Shown in pieces: positions 39,235 to 49,910 of a stretch of 64,000 nt of DNA; the stretch's first letter is position 1; every line of letters begins with the position of its first letter. This DNA is from Naegleria gruberi (Eukaryota). A program made the translations under genes and the position numbers. The notes beneath the pieces were generated by a model, which searched no databases, was not told where the DNA came from, and saw nothing but the letters and a program-made list of their open reading frames with translations. Where the stretch lies: NCBI GenBank assembly GCA_000004985.1, contig GG738911.1; one strand, written 5' to 3'.

Positions 39235-40590
39235 ATGAACAAATCTCAAGATATTCTTCATAAACAACATTCTGTGGTGGCGAATTTATTACAGAAAGCC
39301 TATCACCAGAGTAATAACAGCATTGGAGGAGGAGAATCGGAGAAGAATTGTTTTAAAAAGGTTTTAATGAATCATCATGATGAGAATTTCAAAAAGACTT
39401 GTGGAAATGATCAACAAGCAATATTTGAATTTAATTATGAATTTTATTTGGAAAGTGATGGTGTAATTAATGCAGTCTATTTTATATGGATCAAGAGGAA
39501 AGAAAATGATTCTTCATCTTTTCAATTTGACGATTGTTCATTCATTTACAATGAAAAATGTCAAGATAAAAGTGAAATGGAGCTAGTTCTTAAGGTGAAC
39601 ACTTTACATGATTCGTGGGCAAGGTCCAAAACAATGAATGAAGTTTCCATCATGCAATTTTTAAAGAGTGAAAACTTTCCAGTTCCTCAAATATTTGATT
39701 ACGAGCTGTCGTGTGAAAATCTGCTTGGATTTGAATATATTCTCATGGAGAAGGTGAAGGGAGTTCCATTGAGACAGCTCTGCACTCGAATGGATGTTGA
39801 TGAGAGGAGTTTTTGGATTGATGAGATTGGAAAATACTTGAAGGAAATTTACAAAATGAATTTTGTGATTGATTCAGTTTCTTTTGATTTATCAAATGAT
39901 GAAATGGATAGGAGTGAATATATTGTAAAGGAAGTGGATAATACTGATGCAGGTAAATTGTGGCTTGGTGGAAGTTTTCACAGTTTACAAAGGAGAGGCG
40001 ATGCAATTCATGTTAAAATTGGCCCCTATGTTGATAGTAAGAGAGGTCCATTTGAATCCATTGTTGATTATTGGAAATCTTTGGTAGAGTTTAGATATCC
40101 AATATTTGAAACTCTGGAAGAGGGTCGATTTGCTAAATACATTCCACTCATGAAAAAGTATGTGGATAAATATTTTGGAAATGAGTCACCTCTCAGAGAG
40201 GAGTGTAAAATGGAGAATTGCAAGTTATTCCTCTGTCATGGTGATTTATCAACAAGTAATGTCATTGTCTGTGCAGAAACGAAAACAATCAAAGCAATTA
40301 TTGATTTTGAATGGGCCAAGCTCTCTGTCATTGAGGAAGACATGAGAAATATATTGGAAGATTGGTGTCTTGGATTGCACTCACTCGAAGGTCATTTAAA
40401 AACATTAATGAAAGATCAAACATCCTCATTCTACGAGAGGGTTCTCTTCCATTTCAAATTTATTGACTTGTTGAGTTGTGTGGAAAATTACAAACAATTT
40501 CACTCACCTGAACAACAAGAGAACGATGCAAAGGAATTTATTGAGATGATCATTGATGAATTGGATGAGGTATTGGAGCAAAGATTATAG
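39235..40590 (+). CDS. protein-kinase-like fold, aminoglycoside-phosphotransferase/choline-kinase (APH) family protein
   Basis: 'LFLCHGDLSTSNVIVCAETKTIKAIIDFEWA' matches the HGDxxxxN...DxE Brenner motifs of APH/ChoK-type kinases. Confidence 0.65.
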   Translation: MNKSQDILHKQHSVVANLLQKAYHQSNNSIGGGESEKNCFKKVLMNHHDENFKKTCGNDQQAIFEFNYEFYLESDGVINAVYFIWIKRKENDSSSFQFDDCSFIYNEKCQDKSEMELVLKVNTLHDSWARSKTMNEVSIMQFLKSENFPVPQIFDYELSCENLLGFEYILMEKVKGVPLRQLCTRMDVDERSFWIDEIGKYLKEIYKMNFVIDSVSFDLSNDEMDRSEYIVKEVDNTDAGKLWLGGSFHSLQRRGDAIHVKIGPYVDSKRGPFESIVDYWKSLVEFRYPIFETLEEGRFAKYIPLMKKYVDKYFGNESPLREECKMENCKLFLCHGDLSTSNVIVCAETKTIKAIIDFEWAKLSVIEEDMRNILEDWCLGLHSLEGHLKTLMKDQTSSFYERVLFHFKFIDLLSCVENYKQFHSPEQQENDAKEFIEMIIDELDEVLEQRL

Positions 40591-40598
40591 AAATTTAT

Positions 40599-43500
40599 TT
40601 ATCGGTGATTTTTTGGGGCAGTCTTAGTTGGTGATGTTACTTTTCCTAACTGTGTAATTGGTGAGAGTGTTTCTGATAAATCTTCACAACTGACTCGTTT
40701 GATTGGAGCTGATTTAATTCTAGAACGCTCTCTTGCAGGTGATTTTGATTTGGAATGGGAAGTATGAGGAATTGGAGGAATGATTTTCTTAGGAGATTCA
40801 GTCTTTTCAGGCTTTTGATAGGCAAATACTTGGCTGTGATCGAGCTTGGAAAGTTCCTTTTCCATGAGATGAATTTTCTCTTCTTCCTTCCTTGCTCTCA
40901 TGTCGTTCTTTTCTCTTTCTTTTTGGTAGAGAGTTTTCTTAGGTATTTCAATGACTGGGAATAAATCCATATCAGATTGATTTGATGAATTCGTTGCTGT
41001 TGTATTTGAAGAACCAGAGTCAATGAATTTTTGAGTGACAGATTTCCTCTTGGTCTTTTTCTTTTCCTTCTTTGGTGAATTGTCGATTTCTATAGGTTGT
41101 TGAACAGGTTGAGGAACCTCCTTCTTGTAGTCCTCTTCCAACTTCCTTCTCACCTTCTTTTGCTTGCTGCTCGCATCCTTTTTCTTTCTATCTGGACTCT
41201 CCAACTTTTGTGGATCTTGTGGGTCGTACTCAGTTTTCATAGAACTCAGTCCACTAAAACCATCTTCCTCAAAATCATCATCGAAATAGTTGGTTATTTC
41301 TTCATCCTCAAAATCAGAAGAATCACTATGATTACTGTTTTGTTGTTGCTTTTCTGTTACAGGTTTCAAATTGATTTCTCCATTACTGAAGGAACGTGAT
41401 TGCCACATTGAATTCTTTCTTAAAAAGATGGAAATATCCTTCTGACTATTGTATCCCTTCTTTGGTTTTACAACATCCAATGGTTTCTTTTCCTTCATTT
41501 CTTGAGAGAGTTCAGTATGAATTTTTGGCCCACCATGTGGAGGCTCATCAAAACTCTCATCATACTTATGTTCTGGTTCAGGAGGGAAAGGAGAAGCAGA
41601 ACCAGAGGATGGAGTGAATGCATTGATACAATCATCGTCAGATGGACTGCAAACAGCAGGTGAGCTCACTGAATCTGTTCCTTCATCATCACTCTCATCT
41701 GTTTGTAGAATCCATGGATCATTTAATAGATCATCTACTGTTGCTCTCAGATTGGGATCTCTGATAAAGCATTTGTACAAGAACTTTTTACACCCTTCAG
41801 AAACAAACTCTGGGAAGGATGGCATCTCTGTCGATGCAGCAATATGGAACATGACTGCAGCTGCTGTTGTAAATTCAGTGAATGGTGGTTTACCAGTATA
41901 CATTTCAACAACTGTACAACCAATACTCCAAATATCCGCAGATCTACCATGACCAGTTTGCATGATAACTTCTGGAGCCATAAAGTGAGGAGTTCCCAGT
42001 AAACTCTTAAATTCAGTTGAGAGAGTCATGATATCTTGAATTTTCCTTGAAGCACCAAAGTCTGCCAATTTAATGGCTCCTTCCACACTCACTAGAATGT
42101 TTGCACCTTTAATATCACGATGGACAATTCTATTCTCATGCAAATATTTCAAACCTTTAAGAATTTGAGTGGTGTAGTGACGAACAACATCCTCTGACAA
42201 TCTGCCATATCTTCTCAGTAAGGAGGAAACAGAACCACCTGGAACATATTCCAAGAAGATGTTAAGGGTTGTTCCTGTCACTTCTGCTCCATAATATTGT
42301 ACAATATTTTCATGACAAAGTTCCTTCATCAAGTTAATTTCTCTTTGGAGACTTTCTAATTTCAATTCCAAAATGTCCTCAGGTACACTGTCGAAAGTAC
42401 ATTCCTTGATTGCAAAGAATTTACCATCGTCCAAATTATATCCCAAAAATACTTTTCCACTTGCTCCTGAACCAATAAAATCTCCCTTCTTGTAATTCTT
42501 GATTGTTTTTTCCTTCTTTTTAGCTGACTTGGATCCCTTTCTTGTTGAGCTAGAAGCTGTGCTAACTTTTGAGGATGGCTCGCTAGAATTTGATCTTTTG
42601 GAGGAGGCACTACTAACTTGAGAAACGAGAGTAGAACTAGTATCATTATTGGTCGTTGTTGTTGCTGTGGTGACGTTTGTTGAGACTGTCGATACTGCAG
42701 AGGAACCTGTTGATTCTTCAACTGTATTTGTGGCTTGTTTGGGAATTCTTGGACTATTGTGAGATTGGCTCGGATGTTCTTCTTTTCTTTGGATTGGAGG
42801 TAAATGTTTGTTTTGAGAAACATTAACCTTAGGTGTTGTTTCCTTTCCATATTTTGCGTCATTAACTGGCGTGTCATTGACCATGATTGCTGTTGGTGTT
42901 GGTGCTCTGGATATTTTACTCGAGTGTGATGGTGTGTTGACTTTCTTATTCTTGAAATACAAGTGATGAGATGGAGAAGGTTGAGAACTGAATGTATGAA
43001 TTGACATTGGCTGTGGAGTATTCTGCTGACTATTTACATTGGCAGAACCCTTATCGGAAGAAGCTGATGGAAGAAAGAAGACGTTTGAAACTCCAGTCAC
43101 CAATGAATTGTTTAAACTACTATTATTTGATGACGAAGAAAAGTTTGAACTTTGAGAATTGATCGGTGATGGTACTCTAAATGATGCTTGCTGGTTTTTA
43201 GCTGGTGAAGTGTTGAAATCGGTATGTGGTCCAACAAAATTATTAGATTGAGTAAGATCACTCTTATTGATACTAAGATTTTGTGGCCTTTTCTTTGCTA
43301 GATTAGATTGCCTATTGCTGTTGTTTCCTACAGAAAGGTGGTTACTAGAGGAAGCAGCGGCTGGATTTTTGGTAGGTGTTGATGAGAGAGAGTTTTGAGA
43401 GATAACACTGAGGTGTTTGATTGGTGAAGAAGAACCTGTGGAGGTTGGTGTATCTCTTGACTGTGTTGAGTAGCAGTGAAGAGCAACATCAATACATTTG

Positions 43501-43640
43501 ATGGCAGAAGATTGATGAGTAAGGACATGATGAAAATGATGATAATGGTTAAATTTGTGTTCAACATTGTGATAATATTCAATACATTTAAATTTGTGCA
43601 AATATTCAGTGTTGAAGTGTTTGGGTATTAAATAGATCAT
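40599..43640 (-). CDS. STE11/MEKK-like serine/threonine protein kinase with long low-complexity N- and C-terminal extensions
   Basis: 1013 aa with ATG. Kinase core 'IGSGASGKVFLG...AIKE...HENIVQYYG...HRDIKGANILV...KLADFGAS...GTPHFMAPEV...DIWSIGCTVVEMYTGKPPF'. Confidence 0.85.
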   Translation of the reverse strand: MIYLIPKHFNTEYLHKFKCIEYYHNVEHKFNHYHHFHHVLTHQSSAIKCIDVALHCYSTQSRDTPTSTGSSSPIKHLSVISQNSLSSTPTKNPAAASSSNHLSVGNNSNRQSNLAKKRPQNLSINKSDLTQSNNFVGPHTDFNTSPAKNQQASFRVPSPINSQSSNFSSSSNNSSLNNSLVTGVSNVFFLPSASSDKGSANVNSQQNTPQPMSIHTFSSQPSPSHHLYFKNKKVNTPSHSSKISRAPTPTAIMVNDTPVNDAKYGKETTPKVNVSQNKHLPPIQRKEEHPSQSHNSPRIPKQATNTVEESTGSSAVSTVSTNVTTATTTTNNDTSSTLVSQVSSASSKRSNSSEPSSKVSTASSSTRKGSKSAKKKEKTIKNYKKGDFIGSGASGKVFLGYNLDDGKFFAIKECTFDSVPEDILELKLESLQREINLMKELCHENIVQYYGAEVTGTTLNIFLEYVPGGSVSSLLRRYGRLSEDVVRHYTTQILKGLKYLHENRIVHRDIKGANILVSVEGAIKLADFGASRKIQDIMTLSTEFKSLLGTPHFMAPEVIMQTGHGRSADIWSIGCTVVEMYTGKPPFTEFTTAAAVMFHIAASTEMPSFPEFVSEGCKKFLYKCFIRDPNLRATVDDLLNDPWILQTDESDDEGTDSVSSPAVCSPSDDDCINAFTPSSGSASPFPPEPEHKYDESFDEPPHGGPKIHTELSQEMKEKKPLDVVKPKKGYNSQKDISIFLRKNSMWQSRSFSNGEINLKPVTEKQQQNSNHSDSSDFEDEEITNYFDDDFEEDGFSGLSSMKTEYDPQDPQKLESPDRKKKDASSKQKKVRRKLEEDYKKEVPQPVQQPIEIDNSPKKEKKKTKRKSVTQKFIDSGSSNTTATNSSNQSDMDLFPVIEIPKKTLYQKEREKNDMRARKEEEKIHLMEKELSKLDHSQVFAYQKPEKTESPKKIIPPIPHTSHSKSKSPARERSRIKSAPIKRVSCEDLSETLSPITQLGKVTSPTKTAPKNHR

Positions 43641-43756
43641 TATTAAGGGTATTAAAAGTAACGAAAATTAATCAGTTAATTTGGTCCATTCATAATTTGA
43701 ATCATAATATTATCAATTATAATTAATATTATTATTAATGATGAATATAATAATAA

Positions 43757-44512
43757 TTAAATATTGTTATATTTCAAAAAACAAACCTGTTCCAAAGAAT
43801 CAATACTTTCCATAATTTCATCACCCTCATAATCAGTCATGGGTGAACGTCCTACTTTATGTGGTGTTAATCCCTGCTCATCAGGCGTTAAATAGCCATT
43901 TGCATTATAATTATCCAAATCTTCAATATCTTCCTCAATATCAGTCGTTCCGGTACAACTCGTATCGACAGAATACCTCATATCATCATTACTAAACGAA
44001 CCTTTCGACTTCATGCCGCCTCCTGGTATAATAACTTTCAGATTTTGTTGTTGTTGTTGTTGTTGAGGTGTTTGCAAATAGCTGGCGAGAGAGAGGCTTG
44101 ATGGAACTTGTTGCTGCTTAATAAAAACTCCCCCAAAGTTTTGATTATTTTTTAGGGTAGAAGAAAAATTTTGTTGATTTCCCGCCAAAGAAGATGATGA
44201 TGAAGAAGACTGTGAGGAACAACTGCTTGGAGTTTGTAGGTGGATATTCGGAGGAGGATTTGAGTAATAGTTATTATTGTTATTGCTGTTATTATTATAA
44301 TTAGAGTTATTGTTGCTGTTGTTATTGAGGGAAGCTAAGGAAACGAGACTTCCTAATTGTTGCTGTTGTTGAATGTAATAATTATTTGATGATGATGATG
44401 ATGAATTTATATTATTATTATTATTATTATTATTCATATTATTATTTGAAAATATTATTAGTGAGGTTGATAGTGGCTGGAGGAGTAATAAGCAATGGCA
44501 AATTATTGCCAT
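43757..44512 (-). CDS. N/Q/S-rich low-complexity protein with acidic C-terminus (segment 2)
   Basis: Poly-N tracts and a C-terminal 'DIEEDIEDLDNYNANGYLTPDEQGLTPHKVGRSPMTDYEGDEIMESIDSLEQ'. Confidence 0.45.
   Translation of the reverse strand: MAIICHCLLLLQPLSTSLIIFSNNNMNNNNNNNNINSSSSSSNNYYIQQQQQLGSLVSLASLNNNSNNNSNYNNNSNNNNNYYSNPPPNIHLQTPSSCSSQSSSSSSSLAGNQQNFSSTLKNNQNFGGVFIKQQQVPSSLSLASYLQTPQQQQQQQNLKVIIPGGGMKSKGSFSNDDMRYSVDTSCTGTTDIEEDIEDLDNYNANGYLTPDEQGLTPHKVGRSPMTDYEGDEIMESIDSLEQVCFLKYNNI
44411..44434. repeat. (ATT)8 microsatellite (AAT on coding strand; poly-Asn)
   Basis: Sequence attattattattattattattatt. Confidence 0.7.
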
Positions 44513-44732
44513 TATTATAATTATTATTATTATAATTATTAGTGTTTCCTCCTCCGAACATCATATTGTTTGTATTATTGGAAAGGTTTGAATAATTATT
44601 GTTGGGATTTCGTTCGCCAACGAGAATTATATTATTGGTGGCATTGGTCGTGCTGGTCATGTAATTGTTGTTATTGGTTTGTATGGGAGTGAGTCTCTTT
44701 TTAAAGAGTTGAGCTCGATTGTTATTGTTCAT
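44442..44732 (-). CDS. N-rich low-complexity ORF (segment 1), probably the N-terminus of 43757..44512 with a +1 frame break in the overlap
   Basis: The two ORFs overlap by 71 nt within an (AAT)n-rich region. Confidence 0.4.
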   Translation of the reverse strand: MNNNNRAQLFKKRLTPIQTNNNNYMTSTTNATNNIILVGERNPNNNYSNLSNNTNNMMFGGGNTNNYNNNNYNNGNNLPLLITPPATINLTNNIFK

Positions 44733-45062
44733 TTCTTCTAGTTTCGACGAAAGTATTCGAAAGATGAAGATGTGTAAGTGCGTTAAAGGTGTAGTACTTC
44801 AAGAATATATTAATGGGAGATGAAGGGTGTGAGCATGTTGCAATTTTTTTTAAAGTTGTAAATGACATTTGGCGGGCTGCTTGATTTTTATTCGAAAGTT
44901 TGTGAGAATTTGTCAACCCTTGTATTTGCTAGATCTTGATTCTAAAAACATAGTAATGGTTACTTAAGAAGAAGTAGCCGATACTTTCCCTACTAAGGTT
45001 GGAGATATTCAAAGTTTCATCTACATTCTTGCATCTCAATTATGCTCATTATTCAACATTTC

Positions 45063-46016
45063 TCAATATTCATCTGCATATTCTGTCTCATCAAATAAAT
45101 TTCCTTCACTTTCAACAGTGAATTTTCCCAATTCATGAATTGCCTGGACCATATCATACGAAATATTATTTCCTCTAATAGAAAGAACTTTCAAATTTTC
45201 CAATCCACAAAGGTCTTCAGCACCATCATCTCCAATTTCATTACTATCCATATAGAGGTGAGTTAATTGTTTCATTTGGCTAATGTGTTTGGCACCATCT
45301 GCATGTAAATAATTCACACAAAGGTTGAGACATGTGACTTTTTCCAATTGACTTATTGATTTTGCTCCTTCTTCTCTAATATTATTACTGCAACAATAGA
45401 GACATGTTAAATTGGTCAATTGGCTAATTGACTTGGCTCCTTCATTTCCAAAATCGCAACCACCAATATCAAGTTCAGTTAATTGACTCAATCCACTTAT
45501 ATTCTCGATTCCTTCATTTCCAATCCTGTTGGAACCTACATTAAGAATTATCAATTGTTTCATTTCTTTAAATGGAATCATTCCATTAGATGTGATTTGA
45601 TTATACGAAATATTGAGGTTGGTTAATTGTTTCAACTGACATATAATTTTGGCTCCTTCATCTCCTATATTATTAAGACTGATATCAAGGTGGGTTAGTC
45701 TTGTCATGTTGCTAATAGAATGAGCTCCCTCTACACCAACACTGTTATTTTTAATATTGAGACTGGTCAACTGTTTCATTGTACTAATAGATTTGGCACC
45801 AGTTGGACCAATTTCATTATTTTCAACTCCTAATGAAGTTAATTGTTTAAATTGACTTATTTTATGAGCACTTTCATCACCGAGTTGGTTACATTCAAGA
45901 GAAAGTTCAGTCAACTGGCTCATCATTTCAAGAATGGAAAACCACCTTTCATCATTCACAATACAATATCCGAAATTAACCTTTCGGAAATTATTTAAAA
46001 ATTCAGATTGGATCAT
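45063..46016 (-). CDS. leucine-rich-repeat protein, RNI-like (ribonuclease-inhibitor type LRR)
   Basis: ~24-28-aa repeats such as 'LTSLGVENNEIGPTGAKSISTMKQLTSLNIKNNSVGVEGAHSISNMTRLTHLDISLNNIGDEGAKII'. First ATG at 46016; the tool ORF starts at TTG 46025. Confidence 0.75.
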   Translation of the reverse strand: MIQSEFLNNFRKVNFGYCIVNDERWFSILEMMSQLTELSLECNQLGDESAHKISQFKQLTSLGVENNEIGPTGAKSISTMKQLTSLNIKNNSVGVEGAHSISNMTRLTHLDISLNNIGDEGAKIICQLKQLTNLNISYNQITSNGMIPFKEMKQLIILNVGSNRIGNEGIENISGLSQLTELDIGGCDFGNEGAKSISQLTNLTCLYCCSNNIREEGAKSISQLEKVTCLNLCVNYLHADGAKHISQMKQLTHLYMDSNEIGDDGAEDLCGLENLKVLSIRGNNISYDMVQAIHELGKFTVESEGNLFDETEYADEY

Positions 46017-46270
46017 TACATTCAACCTTTCCGAATCGAGTTTACTTTTAATTTCAATATCAAGTTTCGAATGGTTTTTAATAACATTTAAAAATTGTTT
46101 GGAAATTAACGATCAATTCAAGATAATAAATTTCCAATCTTGTTGATTATCCACAAAGGACAAGATTTCCCAACAAATGTCATCGGGAATTGTGGACCCC
46201 ATCATATGATTTCAAATTTGTTATTTTTTTAAAAATAATAAATTCAAAAGTTCCCAAAGTTTAAAAGGAA

Positions 46271-46343
46271 TGCTGACGGACGGGATCGAACCGGCGACCA
46301 ATGGCTTATTAGACCAACGCTCTACCGACTGAGCTACGCCAGC
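46271..46343 (-). tRNA. tRNA-Ile (anticodon AAT), with one mismatch each in the anticodon and T stems
   Basis: Minus-strand read GCTGGCGTAGCTCAGTCGGTAGAGCGTTGGTCTAATAAGCCATTGGTCGCCGGTTCGATCCCGTCCGTCAGCA. Acceptor GCTGGCG/CGTCAGC, loop CTAATAA. T-run downstream. Confidence 0.65.
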
Positions 46344-46394
46344 TTCACATGGATATAAAGAAAAACATTAAGAATACACACACAACGTATATCT

Positions 46395-48092
46395 TTAGAT
46401 TTTTATAAGGCAATGCTCACTACATAATTCAGATAAAGTAATTAAATCAATCTTTTTGAAATCCATATTATCAAAAGTAATTGTTGAATTTTGGAAATGT
46501 TTCATTAAAGCTTCATATGTTATAGTTCTTCGATTAATAATGATTTGATAATGTTCCAATAGAATAGATTGATCAATTTCTCTCGTTTCTGGATTGATAA
46601 TTCTTTTCAATAATAATTCTTCATAAATCATTTCAAAGTTAATCAAATATTCGTATCTATCATTCACTTTGATATGCTCTGCAACTCTCAATTTAGAAAT
46701 AAACTCTGAGAGGTTAAAACTCTTAATTATATATTCATCTTTTGATTCGTTTTGATAGCGTAAATAAATTGAAAAATCATCATTTGAAATTTCTGATTTC
46801 TTGACAACCAGACAGTTTGAAAACTTGCCTTGATCTGAACCTCCAATCAAGAATGCCCCATTTTCTTCCATCCATGTAATATCAAGTGAACAGTCACATC
46901 CAAAAGAAAAGTATTTTGCAATGTTTTCATCAATATACCAAAATTTTGAATTTTCAAACTTAACACTCAATAGATATTGTAAACATTCTGGAATAACATA
47001 TTCGTTATCATTTTGAACCTTTGGAATGAAAGATGGTAATTTGCCTCCCAATTTCTCAAGTGCAAGACAAATCTCCTTGTTGAGTGGTCTTTCAATGATA
47101 TTTTCCTCAATGTCGTTGTGAAATGTTGTTAAATTAAATGTATTATGATAATATTGTTGAAATACATTAGTTGAGTTATCAAAATATGAAATACCACTAT
47201 ATCCAAGGCCATCTTTAAATTTAAACAATAAATCATTTGTTTTCTTATCATAAACAAATACTTCTCCAAATGTTGTTGAACAAATAAAGTAGTTTCGATA
47301 GGACAGAAAGAAACCAACTTGGTCCTCAACCCAGATACTAGACCTTGTGTCATTTTTTTCATCAATAATTACAACAATATGCTCTGAAGTATAAGTACAG
47401 TTCTCATCAATAATGGACACATAAACATGGTCCTCTTTTTCATTATAGGTAATGAACGATAACAAAGGTGAGTGGTAGAAGCTATATTCTCTTAGAATTG
47501 TCCTTTTGGTTGATCCATCATTCATATCCAAAATACTAACTTTCAAGTCAGTAGAGTTACACCAAGCAGTGTACAATTCATTCTTAGATTCACAAATTGT
47601 AAAACAACAACTATTATACCCAGACAATGAAACAGTCCACACTAATGATAAATCATCGAGTCTCTTTTTCCTCAATTCCTCATCACTAAATTCATACAAA
47701 TGCTCTCCAACACTGTCCACTTCAAAATAGTTATTACTATTTAGTTTAATTTTTCGAATCAAACTCGAACTCTTCATATCATAAATACGAATATGTTTTT
47801 CACCTCTACAATAAAGAAGAAGCCACTCTTTATGTGGACACACTCTTACTCGCTCCAAAGATTGATAGGGAGATAAATCTGGTACAGTAAACTCCGTAAG
47901 ACAAGTCCTTGTTTGAGAAATTAATTTAATTTTGTTTCCTCCTAGTTGTTTCTTCAACATTAAACTTTCCAACCTATCATCAAATATTATTTTTACATTT
48001 TCGTCATTGTGATGATTATTTTCTTCCTTCACAATGCTGCCAAAGCAGACATCATCATGGGGAATCTTTTTCTTCTTGCGAAGTGGTTCCAT
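46395..48092 (-). CDS. clustered lineage-specific family, copy 2
   Basis: ATG at 48092, 'MEPLRKKKKIPHDD...DENVKII...LKKQLGGNKI...FEVDSVGEHLY...LDMNDGSTKR...IIERPLNKEICLALEKLGGKLPSFIPKVQ...VIPECLQYLLSVKFENSKFWYIDENI...DFSIYLRY...YEYLINFEMI'. The tool ORF extends to 48155 via TTG. Confidence 0.65.
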   Translation of the reverse strand: MEPLRKKKKIPHDDVCFGSIVKEENNHHNDENVKIIFDDRLESLMLKKQLGGNKIKLISQTRTCLTEFTVPDLSPYQSLERVRVCPHKEWLLLYCRGEKHIRIYDMKSSSLIRKIKLNSNNYFEVDSVGEHLYEFSDEELRKKRLDDLSLVWTVSLSGYNSCCFTICESKNELYTAWCNSTDLKVSILDMNDGSTKRTILREYSFYHSPLLSFITYNEKEDHVYVSIIDENCTYTSEHIVVIIDEKNDTRSSIWVEDQVGFFLSYRNYFICSTTFGEVFVYDKKTNDLLFKFKDGLGYSGISYFDNSTNVFQQYYHNTFNLTTFHNDIEENIIERPLNKEICLALEKLGGKLPSFIPKVQNDNEYVIPECLQYLLSVKFENSKFWYIDENIAKYFSFGCDCSLDITWMEENGAFLIGGSDQGKFSNCLVVKKSEISNDDFSIYLRYQNESKDEYIIKSFNLSEFISKLRVAEHIKVNDRYEYLINFEMIYEELLLKRIINPETREIDQSILLEHYQIIINRRTITYEALMKHFQNSTITFDNMDFKKIDLITLSELCSEHCLIKI

Positions 48093-48178
48093 TTTTTTTG
48101 GTTGTTGTTGCAGTTTAAAATTGAAAAGCGCGGGAATATTCAATATGAGGAACAATTTTTAAAAAAAAAATAAAAAAA
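48093..48178. promoter_or_regulatory. short (~86 bp) divergent intergenic region shared by the head-to-head paralogues at 46395..48092 (-) and 48179..49867 (+)
   Basis: Inferred only from the divergent gene arrangement. Contains A/T homopolymers. No motif was verified. Confidence 0.3.
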
Positions 48179-49867
48179 ATGGAATCACCACTGAAGAAAA
48201 CCAAATTCAATCACCAGAAGTCTTGTGTTGTTCATCATGGGGAGGAGGAAGAGGCTGATCATCATACAATCATTTTATCGGATCATCTTTCGAATAATTT
48301 TTTAAAGCAACAATTAAGAGGAAAGACAATACGAAACTTTCAATTCCATATTTACTCTGAAAATAATGATTTGATGAATCCACAGTTTGATGAATTTGGG
48401 AGGGAAAATATATTTAGTGCTACGAGATGTGCGGAATTGGATTTATCATTTGTTGCTTTTCGAAATTTTAAAACTAATTCGATTGCAATATTCGAAAGGA
48501 ATCAATTATTGAAGATAATTAAAATGAATGATGATTTTGAATCATTTCAAGTGGATAGTACGGGAGAATTTGCTTTCTTATTGAATTCAAAAAGTGAATT
48601 GATTAAGGTGAAACTAGACGAATCTGCAAAATCTATTTGGAAAGTAAATGGTGTTTTACAATTTTGTTTGTGTAATTCAAAGAGTGAAATATACACAGTA
48701 AGCAAGTACGATAACAAAAATGTGACAGTAAGAATTTGGGAAGATTCTAATGGAATACTGAAGCGTGAATTAGTAATTAAAGATTGCAAAAAGTTGTCTG
48801 ATTTTGATTTGATAAATATGAAACGAGATGATAAGAAACGTTTACTATTTCTATTCAGAAATGATCTGAGAACAAGGTTAAACAGTAAGATCGTTTTGTA
48901 TGATGAGATAAGAAATCAGTCAATTAAGATGAAAATGACTGAAATATCTATGGTAGATTTCACAAAAGAAGGCTACTTGCTTTTTTATTCAGGCGTAGAT
49001 CTAGCATATATTTATGATGATAAGAGTGGACTTGTACTTTTGGAAATGTTATTGCCCTGTAGTTTCAATTCAGTTTCCTATTTTGAAACAATTTCGAATA
49101 CTCTCTGCCGCTTTGGTATTTGTCCAGTAGAAAAGGATAGGATTGAAATTTTATCAAATGTTGTTAACATGCCACTTAAAGAAGAAACATGCCAATCTTT
49201 ACAGAGGCTAGGATGCCAACTACCAATAAGCATTCAAGTCGATTTTGAATGGCTTGGCTTTTTCATTCCTGATTATTTACAAATGTTACTAACAACCAAC
49301 TATGGAAATATGCAATTTTGGTATCAAGATGATGAGCTAGCTGCACGATTCAAATTTATCACTACTCCACATTCTCTCAATTTTGAAGATCATGTCGTTA
49401 TAAGTGATTCAGATGATAACTTGACTGTGTCTGTAAAGAAATCAGACCTTTCAATTCATAATAATTTCAGTGGTGATTTTCCCATTTACTTGTCTTTTAT
49501 TGATTCTAAAAAGGGAATTTCGATCAAGAGTTTTACATTATCAGAATTTATTCCAAAATTGCTAATTGTAGAATGTGGTAAAAAAGTATTATCATTTACT
49601 ATTTGCTTTGCAAAGATATTTGAAGAATTATTAGAGATTGGAATAATCGATTCGAAAAGAAACATTAATCCTACCACTCTATTAGAAAGATATCAAGAAA
49701 TAATTTGTAGTTCCATGCAGGAAAATATGAATATTAATTTATTGGGAGAATACTTTGGACATTCAACTATTCGTCTTGACGAAAGAATATACAAAAAGAT
49801 GGATCTGATTGTATTGGCCAAATATTGTCCAAAGTATTTAAAATTATTTGGACAAATCATTTTTTGA
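48179..49867 (+). CDS. clustered lineage-specific family, copy 3
   Basis: 'MESPLKKTKFNH...' plus the shared central and C-terminal motifs in diverged form: 'MPLKEETCQSLQRLGCQLP', 'FIPDYLQMLLTTNYGNMQFWYQDDEL', 'DFPIYLSF'. Confidence 0.65.
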   Translation: MESPLKKTKFNHQKSCVVHHGEEEEADHHTIILSDHLSNNFLKQQLRGKTIRNFQFHIYSENNDLMNPQFDEFGRENIFSATRCAELDLSFVAFRNFKTNSIAIFERNQLLKIIKMNDDFESFQVDSTGEFAFLLNSKSELIKVKLDESAKSIWKVNGVLQFCLCNSKSEIYTVSKYDNKNVTVRIWEDSNGILKRELVIKDCKKLSDFDLINMKRDDKKRLLFLFRNDLRTRLNSKIVLYDEIRNQSIKMKMTEISMVDFTKEGYLLFYSGVDLAYIYDDKSGLVLLEMLLPCSFNSVSYFETISNTLCRFGICPVEKDRIEILSNVVNMPLKEETCQSLQRLGCQLPISIQVDFEWLGFFIPDYLQMLLTTNYGNMQFWYQDDELAARFKFITTPHSLNFEDHVVISDSDDNLTVSVKKSDLSIHNNFSGDFPIYLSFIDSKKGISIKSFTLSEFIPKLLIVECGKKVLSFTICFAKIFEELLEIGIIDSKRNINPTTLLERYQEIICSSMQENMNINLLGEYFGHSTIRLDERIYKKMDLIVLAKYCPKYLKLFGQIIF

Positions 49868-49910
49868 AAGAGTACATCAAAATTATTTATTTCCTTAATT
49901 TCCTAAAAAA

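Noticed and set aside
43641-43756. Intron linking the N/Q-rich ORF (43757..44732) to the MEKK-like kinase start
   Set aside because: There is a GTTTGT donor after '...SLEQ', but no AG dinucleotide exists on the minus strand anywhere in 43641-43756. With no acceptor they are separate genes 116 bp apart.
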